Shown here in pieces: positions 36,961-51,188 of a DNA stretch of 64,000 nt (positions are counted from its first letter, which is position 1; each line of letters opens with the position of its first letter). A program made the position numbers and the translations under genes. Below the pieces are notes generated by a model, which was given only the letters and a program-made list of their open reading frames with translations, was not told the DNA's origin and did not search any database. This DNA is from Octopus sinensis (taxonomy: Eukaryota). The DNA lies in assembly GCF_006345805.1 (NCBI RefSeq), contig NC_043008.1:28148001-28212000 (forward strand). Reading direction: 5' to 3'.

Positions 36961-37680
36961 AAAATACATGCACAAAATCCAACAGATGCACATGCACACA
37001 CTCGCACAGACATATATAGTTATGAGGGACTTCTTTTAATTCCGTCCACTAAATTCCAAGTCCTTGGTCAATTCATTTGACAAAAAGCGTTGTTCCAGCA
37101 TGGCCGCAGTAAAACAGAAAAAAGTATAAAACAATAAAAGAATGCATAATTGATTAAAAAACTGAGGAAACAGATAACAAGAAATAAAACCACAACGCGA
37201 AATTGTAGCACATGGAACGTATTAATAAGACGCTCAGACTGGGAAAGAGTAGATGGTTTACGTTCCAAGCATAGCGCTTCTCTGGAAACAGAAATATAAG
37301 AAAGTCGAAAAGAAAAGGAAGGAAGAAAGAAGTAAAAATAGCTAACAATTCACGCGTAGTTATATTTTTCAAAATGACTGGAAGTAGATGGACAAAGAGA
37401 AAGTGGAACTGGACAGGAGACTGTAAAGAATAGTTGGTACATGTGAGTGTTAGTATGTGTGTGTGAGCGCGTACGTATTGCGACTTTTGTGAATGGCAGT
37501 GTGTGCGTGGTAGCATGTACGCGTATGATGGTAACTCTGTGTGTGTGTCTGCATGTGGTGTGTGTGGTATTAACTGTTTACATATGTTTGTGTTGCGAGG
37601 GTAGTCTTTGTGTGTGTCTTATTATTGTAGTGAAAGACCAGCAGCCATGGTGATAGGTGCATGTATGAGTCGTGTTTGTG

Positions 37681-37716
<36 letters not shown>

Positions 37717-37719
37717 GCC

Positions 37720-38170
37720 TACACGATCTTGTCCGTACTCCCTCGTTCCTCCATTCCAACCCACCCTGGATCGTTCCCTTTCTCCAGTCCACGTTCGCAC
37801 AGCTACGCCTTCATCACGAAATCCACCTCCTTCACTAGATCCTAACAACACACCCTCTACATTAGGAACTCCTACTCCTGCACCTCTTGAAGCGTCATTT
37901 ACTGCATCAAGTGTAAATTTTGCAATTAAATTTGACGTTGGTCAGAGGGGCCGCCAGCTAGCCGAACTCTTCACCTAACGCTTCTGCGTAAGAACATCCC
38001 GGTCGCCTGTCGTTTTCGCTTAGCCGGCAACGCTACTTTCGATCTCATCGTCTTCGGCTTTGCCCTACAACATGGATCCACCAACTCTAGAATCTGCTTA
38101 GATCAGTGTTACATTTTAGCTCTATGTACTCAAACTCCTTTAGGATTAAACACAAACCCCTCCACTGAGT
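37720..38170 (+). mobile_element. Possible Penelope-like endonuclease C-terminal fragment
   Basis: Ends ..IFSL-like..CTQTPLGLNT, resembling the Penelope C-terminal L...P.GLN motif; GC-richer than the flanks. Confidence 0.35.
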
Positions 38171-39374
38171 GAAATTCCCCATACACTATTTTGTAGAAAT
38201 TTATTTGATATTTGTTAATCGTTTATTTTTTTTGTAATTTTATAATAGTATTTTTTAATTATTTCTGTTCAGATTCTATTTGTATTACGGAATTTGATTT
38301 TTTTCCTTTTGTTTCTGGTTTATTCACATACAGATTTATTCATATTTGTTTTTTTATGACTATTTTTTTTATTTTTCATTTTTTATTTGTATTATTATTA
38401 TTATTTAATACTATTATCCATAATAGTTATTTTTAACTATTTACGTATATTGTCTTTCATTTTTGTATATTCCTATACCAATCACCACACACACATCGCG
38501 CGCACACATGGACAAACATACGCGTGCGAACAGGTGGACACATCTGCGCATGAACGTACAGACGCACACATACACACGTACTCCACCACCCCCACACACA
38601 CACATGCGCCTTTACACATAAGAACCACACCTGCGGTTACGCCAACACAGCTACACACTCCATATCACTTTTCTCTCCTTCTCACGCACGTACACACACA
38701 CTCGCGCAAAACTCTCACGCAAAAACACACGCACGCACACATATGCACGTATCGATAGCCATTCCGTCTAAGCATCACATACAATCGCACACACATACGC
38801 TCATACACATACACACACTTCACACTTAAGCTGCTGACATCTCAGATCGACTTCAGCACACAGGTACACATATCCTACTCAAACAAACTACGCACACATA
38901 TAAAAGCACACAGTTAATACCACATGCACACATACACCACACACACACACACACACACTTACCACCAAATGCACACAGGCTACCAAGCACACACACCTAT
39001 ATATGCAGTTACTTCAGCACACACACGCTACCATACACTCACACGCTACCTCATACTGATCATTTTCACACACTTCTCGAAAACACTTTCTCTTCGTTCC
39101 ATCCAGTTCCGGTCACTTCAAACATGTAACCTCACGTGATTGTTAGCGATTCCTTCCTCCTTCGTCTACAACTTTCCTGTTTTTCCTCCATACAAAGAAA
39201 ATATATGCCCGAAATTTAAAACTACTACTCTTTTTCTTCTCTGAGCGACTTATTAACACATTACGTGTGCTACAACCAAGTGTTCGTTTGCTTTTTTTCA
39301 ATTTATTTTCCCCTGTTTACTGAATTGACTACATATACTTTTCTACCTGTTTAAAACCTAAGGTTGAAGGTATG

Positions 39375-39414
<40 letters not shown>

Positions 39415-40309
39415 CACACACAAACATACACAGACAGACAGACAGACAGTTAGACACACATACACACACACACACACACATATACCAAAGTAAGCATATA
39501 CATGTAAAGCAAAGTGGGGAAAATAGTACTGAAACATCGGAGGTATAATAATATTGTTTATTAAAGCTGTAAATTATTATATCACAAAAATAGAGAAAAT
39601 TCTGCTACTCAGAGTTTCAAGTTTCGTTTTGTTGGGAAGTTTAGATTGAAAATGAAACAAAAAGTTAGTATGTATAAAATATACAATTTATATTAACCGA
39701 TACATATTCGAAATTGATCTCTTTCGTTGGTCCTTGCAACTAACCGTTCTTTCTAATCAATGATGATTGGTTTAATATCATATTATATGAAATAGAAGAA
39801 AACCTTAATAAAAAATTAAAATTTCAAACATACCTGTATTTAGAAGGAAAAACATGTAAACCCACAATAAATTAATTAATAGTAAAATAAATTTAATGAA
39901 AAGGAAATGCAAGTTTTTTTATGATATCCACTTACAAAAACAACCAACGTTTCTAGAAACAAAGACTGTTTACCTATGGACATACACAGTGAAAAACATA
40001 AGCGTACATTTGTATACTAAATACAAAAACTCTATCACGTTATAGTGGCTATGAGTTTTCTTTACTCTTATTTCTAGCAAAACTGGTGTTGTATAACACT
40101 TTCATAAAACACGGACGGGACATTCGAAGGCTTCGAATGACCCGTCCGTGTTTTTTGTATCGTATTCTAAATGTTTTACGTTCTTGTCCCAGTTTGTATT
40201 TTTCTACATATAATATATATATATATGTATATATATATACATATATATATCTAGGTACATATATATATCTATATATTTACATATATATGTGTGTATGTGT
40301 GTGTACGTT

Positions 40310-40500
40310 TGTGTTCCTCTTGACAACTGATGCTGGTGTGTTTACGTCCCCGTAACATAGCGGTTCGGCCAAACATATCGATAGAATAAGTACTAGCCTT
40401 ACAAAGAATAAGCTCTAGGGTAGATTTGCTCGACTAAAGGCGGTGCTCCAGCATTGCGCTATCAAATACCTGAAGCAACCAGGAGAGTAAGAGTTTATAA
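40310..40500 (+). mobile_element. OK-like SINE 3' half
   Basis: gatgctggtgtgtttacgtccccgtaac..gatagaataagtactag..ggcggtgctccagcat. Confidence 0.85.
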
Positions 40501-40519
40501 ATAATTCTTGTTTTTACCT

Positions 40520-40748
40520 CTTATTTCTTTACTGCCCACAAGGGGCTACACAGAGAGGGGACAAACGAGGACAGACAAACGGATTAAGTCGATTATATCG
40601 ACCCCATTGCGTAACTGGTACTTGTTTAATCGACTCCGAAAGAACGAAAGGCAAAGTTGACCTCGGTGGAATTTGAACTCAGAACGTAGCAGCAGATGAA
40701 ATACCGCTAAGCTTTTCGCCCGGCGTCCTAACGTTTCTGCCAGCTAAC
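40520..40748 (-). mobile_element. OR-like tRNA SINE, full length
   Basis: Reverse complement closely matches 55421-55650. Confidence 0.88.
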
Positions 40749-40764
40749 AACCTTCTTGTTTTTA

Positions 40765-40970
40765 TGTCTTTCAGTCATATTTCACTGCTACCATGCTGGA
40801 GCACCACCTTTTGTCGAAGAGATCGACAACAGTACTTATTCGTTGTGAGCCTAGTACTTATTCAATCAGTTTTTTCCCAACCGCTAAGTTATGTGCCGTA
40901 TACACACCAAAATCGGTTGTCAAGCGATGGGGACGAGGACAATATCTGACACGCAATTGGAACCGTTTAG
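40765..40970 (-). mobile_element. OK-like SINE 3' half
   Basis: ccatgctggagcaccacctttt..ctagtacttattc..ccgctaagtta..ggttgtcaagcgatgggg. Confidence 0.8.
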
Positions 40971-41027
40971 TCGGGAGTCAGCCTCCTTTACACATTGCCA
41001 CTCCTGCCCTTATATATGTGTGTGTTC

Positions 41028-41082
<55 letters not shown>

Positions 41083-42236
41083 TGTGTGTGTGTATGTGTG
41101 TGAGCTCGAATGCGTGTGTCTTTGTCTGTGTGTAAAAAACAGGATCGTAGTGATTTTCATCACAGCGTATAGAACTCTTTTAAAAACTGTTTTTTAATGT
41201 ATCGTATAGATGTAATTTTTGACGCTGAATCCGAATGTGTTATCGATTTATTCTAGAAAATTTTTGCGAAGATTTTACAGGTGTACAAATTTTCAGAATT
41301 TTTAACCAATCATAAATCAGTGTGTTCGCTGCCTCTTTCATCATCAGGGGAGATGAGGTACGGTCATGTCAAAACACTAAACTAGTTAGCGTAAGCAGTG
41401 GATAAAAATTAAAACCTTCGCGAGCAAATTATTTAAATGTTATGCAGAAATGAACAGGATTGAAGAAAAAGAAAACAGTCAAAACATTACAGCATACACG
41501 AGCAAATTTAACAGCTAAAACAGTGAAACACCCCAAAACATTCGGGAGTAAATCAAATATTTAAAAGCTAAAGTAAACCAACAGGATTTGCTAGAAATAA
41601 CAGTCAAAACATTGTTTACAACAGACATTCATTAGTTTAAAATATGATAGGACGAAAGTTTGCAATAAAACTAGGATTTTATAAAATAGATTATCTTTCT
41701 TATATCTCCTTCTCCACATAAATTCACAAAGATATGAGTCAATCACCGAACAGTGTTTCGCACACTGGCGTTTGTTTCCACGCTTTAAAGAAACCCAGAT
41801 ACTTTCAATTTGTTGAGCGTGTGTCCCATCTGTTATGAAAAGAAGTAATTATAGAAGACGTGTAGGTTACACTTCTTGTGTGCATGCGCAGCATCTTTGG
41901 TTTCTATGGAATCGGTGTTCATCACATTCAGCTATGGAACACGTAGTGCTTCGTTGGCTTCTTTATTAAACGAAACAGAGTTCTTCGCCACGATGATTTG
42001 TAAAATACTAGTGTCTGATTGGGTATACCAAAATGTTGCAAGTTTTAAAGGCTATTTTTTTTAAATTATGGATTTATAGGATAAATGAATTTTAATTTCA
42101 TAATTAGTATACAAACTTCATCCATATACCAAATTAGAAATCAAGTGGAATAAAATTGTAGACAGCAACAAATATCACAAAGATCACAAAGACATAAATG
42201 ATGCAAATTCTACATTTCTTCATTTGTGCATTGTAG

Positions 42237-42266
42237 ATTTAAAATTGTTTATGATACGTACTTTAG
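42237..42266 (+). CDS. Weak candidate 30-nt exon (FKIVYDTYF in phase 2)
   Basis: tttcttcatttgtgcattgtag|...TTTAG|gtgcgt. Confidence 0.25.
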
Positions 42267-43567
42267 GTGCGTTCATGTTTTTTGTTACTCAATCGGTGGA
42301 AGGTCGAGTGAAAAAGGTGAATGACTTTAAAAATGCTATCGTCATAGTTCCCAGTAAATCACATGTCGAAGTAAAGGTAAACAAAACTAATAAAAATAAC
42401 GAAAGATGAGCAATCAGAAGAAAACATAAAAGAGGAGACAAAGAGGAAGAGGAAGATAGATAGAGAGAAAATAACCAAGAGAAAGAAGAAACCAAGAGTT
42501 AAAGGAAGGAGAATATAAGTAATCTTATCACAGTTGTGTTTATACGGAACACTAGGTCATTCTTTTTGAAGCTATCAGTTTTTCTCTGTTGTTGGTTGTT
42601 ACTATGATTGAAAAGCATTGGCATTGTGTAATGAAATTTGATTTTCACCAAATCCTCTAGCGGTTATCTTTTGGTGAAAGTTAACGATGTCGAAGTCATT
42701 GCTTGTGAACTATTACTACATGATTGTTGTTGATGCATGGTGTTGCTAGTATGTATATATCAAAGGGAAATAACTTTTCCTAGGAATTTCAAATTTCAGT
42801 AGAGGAATATATTTAGGGTTTTTTAAATAAAAATAAAAGAGTACATAACAAAGAAATAAGAATAAAATTAAGCCTAAATACATCTAACTAGAATAACATG
42901 ATTAAAATAATAGAAGAATAAAAAATAAGACAGGAAAGTTAAAAGAAAAGAACATCAAAACCAAAGTGAACGGTGGTAAAATAAAATAACTAGAGTAAAT
43001 GAAGTAAAGTAAACAGGATGAGATACAATGAAGTAAAGGATATACTATGATGCATTTAATTAAAATACAATGAGCTAAAGCATCTAAACTCACACAACGC
43101 ATAGTGACACAGCAAAAATCAGTTGCCTAATAATGTGATTGATATGTGCAAATACACAATAATATAGAAAGAAAATTATAAATTTAAAGAAAGAAATAAT
43201 ATAAAATACAAAGAGGGGAAACAACAAAAGTAATAAAGGAAACAACCAGGAAAATAATATATATATATATATATATATATAATAGGGAACTTCCATTCCT
43301 CTAAAAATATATAGGTTTGATGTGAAGGTGGTTTTCCTGTAAAGTAAATAATTAAGAACTAAGGACATCAACTTCACAATTTTTACGAGGTCTATATCAT
43401 TGTTTACGGGTTTTATCTTGTCCGAATACCTCACCTGATTAATTTTTATATATTTAGGAGGGACCAGTCTAAATGCTTTATGGTAGATGTCATCCTCTGA
43501 AGTATATATTAAGCCTGATTCTTCTAGGAAATGTACGCATCTTGTTTTTGATGCGTGCTATATTATA

Positions 43568-43948
43568 TACTAGCAGTATCGCCCGGCGTTGCTCAGGTTT
43601 GTAAGGGAATAACTATAAAGCATTTTAGAGAGTTATAGCCAAAAAATAGCAAAAAAAGGAAAAAAATGATGGTAATTTTTTTTTGAGAGTAAAAAAGGGT
43701 TGAGTTGCGTCCCCTAGACAGTCTGTGGTTTGTTTTTTTTTATTCTCGACCCCATGTCGAATTATCGATTTTTTTCAGAACTGGGGGAACTTTTCAAATT
43801 TTCGCTGCGTTAGTTTTGAATTATGACATTGGGCTATGTGTGTGTCAAGTTTCATCAGAATCGGTTGAAAGCCGTGGTCAGAGTGAGGGTACAAGCAAAC
43901 AGACACACAGAAACACGCACAGACAAACTGCCGTTTATATAGAGAGAT
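43568..43948 (+). mobile_element. Non-autonomous Helitron/Helentron-like (HINE-type) element
   Basis: 5' tactagcagtatcgcccggcgttgctc; 3' caagtttcatcagaatcgg..(caga/caca)..ctgccgtttatatagagagat-t, an architecture typical of DINE-1/Lep1-like elements. Confidence 0.65.
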
Positions 43949-44954
43949 TCTGAGAGAAGTAAATTTCATTGTCGATATTGAATATCGACCATTCTAAATC
44001 AAAATACTTCTGTTATTCCTAAGGCAGGAATTACATTATTAATTTATATCACATTTTCCTTTTTCTAAATCTAAATGATTAAACATGGTTATGAAATCAG
44101 TTTGAAAACCGTTGCAACTTCGTATAAAATGATAAAATACTGTTTATTTAAAGGACATTATTTCGGAACGTTACTGCTACAATTCTTATTTTCGTCCTGA
44201 GTATCACTGAATTTGTTGTTGTTGTAAATAGTATTATCAATAATATTAATACACTTTTTTGTCTTTGTACGTACCTCATACGTGTGTCACACTTATTTCA
44301 GAAAAGTGAAAAAGCGAGAGAGAGAGGAGGACAGAGAAAACTAAGAGAGAAATAAAGAGAAGGAGGGAGAGAGAAAGAGAGACTAAGAGAGAAAGCGAGT
44401 GAGTGAGAGAGTGAGAGAGAAAGAGAGAGAGAGAGAAAGTGAAAAAGACAGTGAGTGGTGACAGCGTTCATTTTGTGTTTTTAAACGTCTATCACATCGC
44501 AAGAGAAGTAGATAATAGATACACACACACATTGTTAAATCAAAGGTGCGAGAGAAGAGGAAGTGGGACACAAAAGAAATGTAAGAGAAAGAGGGAAAGT
44601 GAGAGAGAAAGTGAGAGAGACAGTAGATTCATAAATTCAAAGAAGAGTTCATATATAGATGCATGGACACAACAGATATTGGCTGTAATTTTCACTTTTC
44701 ATTAGCACACAAGGATAAAATTAACTCACAAATGGCTGAGTACTCCACAAAAATGCATAACATTAACGTTGTGTTCAGGAAAATTCAGCCTCACTCAGAA
44801 TATGACAAGGCCAAACCCTGTGAATTACAGCTACAGCTCGAGGCATATATATATGAATGTATTTCTGTGTGTGTGTGTAGGTTTGCTATAATAAGTGTCG
44901 CGAGGTGGAAATAAACGCAATTACCAAACTTACATTCATAAATCCATTTATCAT

Positions 44955-45135
44955 TTCGTTCTCGATGTTGGTGCGTTAGCATCCCTGTAATTTAGCTGTT
45001 CAGCAGAAGAGGAGCTGATAGAATAAGCAACAGGCTTACATGGAATAAGTCCGGGGTTCAATTTCTTCGACTAAAGGGTGGTGCTCTAGCATGGCCACCG
45101 TCATATGACTGAAACAATTAAAAGAATAAAAGAAA
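44955..45135 (+). mobile_element. OK-like SINE 3' half
   Basis: gatagaataagc..cgactaaagggtggtgctctagcatggccac..gactgaaac. Confidence 0.75.
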
Positions 45136-45319
45136 ACCAGAAAAATGTTCCGTGCCACTAAACCAAGAGGTTTCTTTGAATATATACGATATAATTTAAG
45201 GTTAAATAGAAATTCCGTTTACGTTTGTGTAACTGAGATATTTTGGTTGGATTATATAGTCACTGGTGTTACATTACATTCTATATACCGTAACAGTCAC
45301 AATATACTTTTCTATATCT

Positions 45320-45445
45320 GAAGTTTTTGTGGAGAGGGGGCCAATTGATTGGCTCGACTCAAGTACAAAACTGGTACTTAATTTATCGACCCCGAAAGGT
45401 CGAAAGCAAAGTCAAACTCGGCAGAATTTGAACTCACAACGTAAA
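45320..45445 (-). mobile_element. OR-like SINE fragment
   Basis: ctggtacttaatttatcgaccccgaaagg..caaagtcaaactcggcagaatttgaactc. Confidence 0.75.
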
Positions 45446-45553
45446 GATATAATCATAATATACAAACATTTCTCATAACACCAGTATACTGCTTACAGGT
45501 GCTTACATTTTTTATGTGAATTTTTCATGTGTTCACCTAGTTATTATTATTAC

Positions 45554-45589
<36 letters not shown>

Positions 45590-45593
45590 CATT

Positions 45594-48160
45594 CAGGAGT
45601 TTTATTTTTATAACGTGTTTTCACTTCACTACCGAGCGCAGTTCTGTGTGCCTTGGGTATGTGCTGTGATTTGTTGTGATGTTCTGATGGTTACTGTATT
45701 GAAAGTGTTCTGCGAGGATGCGTGCAGTGCCTAGTAGTGCAATTTTCTATATGTTATATGTGTTTGTAAGTCCTGGTATTTTTGTTATGTATTTGACTGA
45801 ATATTTTACTTATCATGCCTAATGCACCTATTATGATAGGAATTGTTTCTGTTTTTAGATTCCACATTCTGGTTACCTCTATTTCCGGGTTTTTGTATTT
45901 TGAGAGTTTCTCCATTTCTTTTAGAGACACGTTGTCATCTGCTGGTATGGATATATCATTTAGAAAGCATCATTTTCTTCATGATCTCTGACATCTATAT
46001 CTGGTCTGTTGGCCTTAATTTCTCTATCTGTGTGTATTGGCATATCCCAGAGTATGGTTGCTTTCTGGTTTTCTGTGATCTTTTCTGGTGTGTGCCTATA
46101 CCATCTTTTTTCTGTTGTTATTTCATAATGTTGGCATAGATTCCAGTGTATATAGGTCCAAATCCTTTCATGTCTGTGAATATATTCCTTCTTAGCCAGG
46201 ACTGGGCCGCCAGAGATAATATGATTTATTGTTTCTTGTCCATCTCCACATATACTGCAGTTACTTGTTATATTTCTTTTCATTACATGTTTTTGATAAT
46301 TTCTGGTGGGGTGGGGGTCTTTGGTCTTGTGCTGCAATTAAAAATCCTTCTGTCTCTGCTTTGAGTCCTGAGTTTCTCAACCATTGCTGGGATTTTTCTT
46401 TGTCTATTTCTTTTGCATTTAGTTTAGTCCAGTATTTGCCATGAAGGGGTTTTCTTGTCATCGTTTTATCATAGTTCATTGCTGTTCTATTTTTAATTTG
46501 GATTTCATTTGTTTTATAGCTTTTGTTGTTCCTTCTTCTTCTCTTCTTCTTCTTCTTCTTCTTCTTCTTCTTCTTCTTCTTCTTCTTCTTCTTCTTCTTC
46601 TTCTTCTTCTTCTTCTTCTTCTTCTTCTTCTTCTTCTTCTTCTTCTTCTTCTTCTTCTTTCTATTTGTTAGGTGGTATGAATTCTTGTTTCTATTTGTCA
46701 GCTTCCTTAAATACTGAGAACAGTTTATTGTTTTGCTCGTGTTTTGCCGCTATTTGTATCAGTTTACCTTCCTTCTGAAGTAGATATTTTTACAGTCCTA
46801 TGGTGGTTATTTTATAATGGTTTTCCAGCTGTATAAGGCCTCTACCACCTTCTATACGTTGTATAGATAGCCTTTCTATGTCAGATGATGCATCCTAGAT
46901 CCTGTCATTATTTTTCTTGTTTTCCTATCTATTTTGGTCAGTTCATTTAGTGTCCAGTTAAGGATATTGTAGCTTTAATATATAGCTGGTATGGCTAAAG
47001 TGTTGATACCTATCATCTTGTTTTTAGCATTGAGCTGTTTTCAGTATTGATCTAACTCGTCTATAATATTCTTTCTTCATTTTCTCTTTCATTTGTGTGT
47101 GTTGTGTCTTATCTAGTTCATGGATTCCTAAGTATTTGTAAGTTCGTCTTTGGTCTAATACTTTTATTTCATTGGTTTTATCTACTGTGATGTTGCTACT
47201 CTTAACTAGTTTTCCTCTTTTCAGTGTTACTTTGGCGCATTTCTCCAATCCAAATTTCATATCTATTTCTTCGGGTAAATCCATGAGCTGTCTTTAATAG
47301 TGTTTCCAGCTGTTTGTCATTTGTGGCGTATAGTATTAGGTCATCCATATATAAAATGTGGCTGATCGTTTTGCCGTAACCTGTATATCCGCATCCAGTT
47401 CTGTTTAGTATATGAGGTAGAGGTGACAGTGCCAAGCAGAAAAGGAGTGGAGAGAGCGTGTCTCCCTGGAATATCCCTCTTCTAATGGGGATGGTTTGGT
47501 TTTCACAAGTCCCTTTTTTGTTTGGAGCTGTTGCACTGTCTGCCATTTATTCATAGAGTGTCCTATGTATTTTATAAATGTTGGTACAACTTTGTTAATG
47601 GCTAGTGTTTCGAGGATCCATGTGTGTGGGATGGTATCAAACTCCTTTTTGTAGTCGATCCAGGCCATACTGATGCCTTTCTTCTTTCTGTAGCTGTCTT
47701 CAGTTATGGCTTTATTGATCACTAGTTGATCTTTACAGCCATATGAGCCTTTGCGGCATCCTTTCTGCTCTTCTGGAAACATGTTGTTTTCGTCCAGGTG
47801 CTTGTTCAATCTTTGTGATATCACTGCAGTAAATGTTTTGTACATTGTAGGGAGACAGTTTATAGGTCTTTAGTTTTCTGGTTTTGCTGTCTCGTTTGAC
47901 TTGGGAATGAAGATGGTTTTCCCCTTCGTGAGCCATTCAGGCATTGTCTCTGGCTCTGCCAGTATGTTGTTAAATTTTTCAGCCAGCTTTTTGTGCATTC
48001 CTGTTAGATATTTCAACCAGACGTTGGGGATCTTGTCATATCCAGGTGCCTTGCTTAGTCTTTGCAATGCCTGGGTGACCACTTCAGTTGTTATGGTGGT
48101 CCAAAGTTGCTCAGATGCTGAGTTTGTTGTTTTAATACTCCTTTTTTGGGTTATTCGTTC
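45594..48160 (-). mobile_element. R4/Dong-like family A, 2.6-kb decayed copy (RT + CCHC + REL) with (TAA)n tail
   Basis: ORF-track pieces: KAPGYDKIPNVWLK, EEQKGCRKGSYGCKDQL, AWIDYKKEFD, GIFQGDTLSPLLF, HILYMDDL, CSICGDGQETINHIISGG, RPDI; same 3' UTR as 4204. Confidence 0.95.
46531..46660. repeat. (CTT)n of about 43 units inside the retroelement ORF
   Basis: Read directly. Confidence 0.95.
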
Positions 48161-48164
48161 TCCA

Positions 48165-48410
48165 GAAATGGCTATGACGTTCCCCAACTACTTCTGCTCG
48201 TGATCAGCGTTGCACATATCGTCAGCCACAAAGGGACATGCTCAACTATATTATGTCAGACAATTGGCAAGCAAATCTTGTGGTATTGAGCAGAATATTT
48301 GTTGTAGCCTATCTGTTATACCAATACAAAACATGTACATAATACAACTTCCAATCAGTTAAGATGAAAATCCATGAGAGCCACTGCGTAGTACTGTATC
48401 AGTGCATTCA
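48165..48410. mobile_element. Partial copy of element E abutting the 5' break of the family A copy
   Basis: Homologous to 5925-6142; followed by a degenerate TTA/TTG tract. Confidence 0.7.
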
Positions 48411-49059
48411 TTTATTACTTTTATTATTATCATTATTGTTGTTATTGTTTTCGTTGTTGTAGTCGTTGTTGTTTCTGTCGCTATTTTTATAGTTATACGT
48501 AGGATTTTTACACTTTTAAACCGATCAATCGACCGATTGAGTAATTGGACCCATGAAACCTCTAAATTACGAAAGAAATATATCCGAAACAGGTATAAGT
48601 CTAGAATGCACACATAAACAAATGTAGGAATCCCGTTATATATACCTTTTCTTATATTACACTGAAAACATAACTTATTATCGGAATTATGGACTTACAA
48701 ATTGAACTATTTGATATCTCCTAACTTTTACCTAGATTGCCATGTTTATGCAAAATCTATCTGTATTGTTAGAGATATTAGGAAGTATTCCACTGTAATA
48801 CATCATTTATAGTGTTCTATACAGATTATTCAGAAACATATCGTAGGCATTTTCAGACACAAATCATCATGATGCAGTTAACTCTTTTCCAATATCCTGG
48901 TGGCTTCCTCCATGTCAGCTAATTTGTTTCCTCTGGGTGTATGACCAGACTGTAATATGTCTGGTCATACAACGCTGTTCGTTGTCTGTTCAATATTACA
49001 TCAGGCTGTTCCTAAAAACGAAGTAACTATCGTCAAATTTATCCCGAACATTCTGTATA

Positions 49060-49217
49060 CATGTGTGCGTGTGTGCGTGCGTATGTGTACGACGTGTGCG
49101 TGCGTATGTGTACGCTGTGTGCGTGCGTATGTGTACGCTGTGTGCGTGCGTATGTGTACGCTGTGTGCGTGCGTATGTGTACGCTGTGTGCGTGCGTATG
49201 TGTACGCTGTGTGCGTG
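49060..49217. repeat. 23-bp minisatellite (gtatgtgtacgctgtgtgcgtgc) x6
   Basis: Units start at 49081, 49104, 49127, 49150, 49173 and 49196. Confidence 0.92.
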
Positions 49218-51188
49218 TTTGTTCATATATTTGTGTATGCCTGTTACAGCGTATGAGCTTGTGATTAATTGAAATATATTACTCTTCTTAAATACACATC
49301 AGATGTATAGCTGCGCAGTAATAAAATAGTAGGTTAAGAATTTGGGTTCGTTATCGGGAACACACTCATACACATACGCCTACACACGCATATAACACAC
49401 ATACAGTTGTGCGCTCACACAGATGCACACACACTCATAAATAGACCTACGAATACACACTCATGCATACACGAACACAAAAATCGAATGCGCTCATGCA
49501 CAAAGACAGACAGACACATACACAAACACACACTGTGCTGAGTGACATAATGCGGATGTAATCTTTCGAAATAAATTCTTCGACATCGGTTTGCTATGCA
49601 ATAAGAATATGAGGCACTTAAGATTGCGCGTTTCTGCTTGATACTCTATATGACGTGTAGAAGGTTAGGAAATGCTTCTGACATCCTACTTATGTAATTT
49701 ACTAGTACTATATATATATGAATTTTAAAACTTATCCTAACCAGGGACTGTAAGGTTGTGATCGCCCTCTAAAGCTATATTCATCATATCTTAAAATATA
49801 CTATGAGATTCAAAGATTATCTTCGTCTAAATGTAAATCTGTCTCGACGCGCATTTTAATCTAGACGTTACTCGGAGATATTCTACCAGAATATCATTAA
49901 TTACAATTTTACTTTTCTTTCGACAAAAAACTGGATTTTGGATCGAAGACAATTAATATTTCTTATTTCGCATCCGAATATTTAAATAATAAGTATGCAT
50001 TACGCTGAGCAAGTTAACTTTTTGAGTTTTCATTTATTATCGTATACGCTTTTGTTTATAAACATAGATATGACTTAAAATTTTCTTTCTTTCGCGGTCA
50101 ATCCTTCGTTCAAATTACATATAAATCTTAAGATTTATTTTCATAGAATATCCCAATCATCAGGAAAAAACAGTGTTTACGCTAGATTTGCATATAGTCC
50201 CTTCATGTGTAGTCTACACGAATTTTCCCCCCGAAACAATCGTTGGAAAATCTTCCTCTAACTTGTTACCCAAATCTCGTTTTTGGGTATCCAAAAATTT
50301 TGGTAAAATCTCTGAATTTAAAAAAAAAGTCATTTTTCTATATTTCATTATTTTTTATTTATATTCAATTATTATTATGTTTACACATCTATATATGTAT
50401 ATGCCCAGTATATTTTTAGTATTCTTATATTTTTATATTACTATATCTTTATATGTCTAATATATCAATATATGTTTCAGATTGGACAATTCTTATTCTA
50501 TCATAGTTAAACCCGTATATGTACGGCTTAATCGTAGTCTGTCTAATTTGGACCTTTTCTACTGTATCTGTTATATTTATATATGCACGTGTGTATATGC
50601 GCATGCGCGCGTGTGTATGCCAATCAGACGAGCCGATTGATTCTAGAGCCACATGTATCAATAAACTTTGAAGTCTACTCCTGAAATAACTATATTATGA
50701 CAACATTGCTGGCTTTCCATATACCAGAATATTAATCATTATCTAAATATTTGACATCATAAATATTTGGAAAATACAGTGTCAACTTACAGCGAAAGAT
50801 ATAGGGAACAGTGTATATGTGTATCCCTATAAACTATATTAACAATATATATAACATACATATTGACGCATCCCAAAATATTTGCACCTCATGAAATAGG
50901 TTCATTAACTGTATTATTTTACTATATAAATTTCTACAGAAATTTGATAATAATAGAAATCATGGCTTTCATTCCTTTCAAAGTTAATAATATATCATAA
51001 GCAAAATTATTATGTTGTATAAGATGAATATATCGTATAAGTATAATGTATCCAGTATACAGCATGTAATGCGGGAACTTTATTACAGACAACTAGTATT
51101 TCAAATTGTTTTCCCTGTGAAAATGAAACAAACATTATTTACATTATTTAATTTGACGTATAATTGTGTCCTCATCTTCATTGTTTTT

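Noticed and set aside
49060-49217. CRISPR-like array
   Set aside because: Units are contiguous with no unique spacers, the context is eukaryotic and there are no cas genes.
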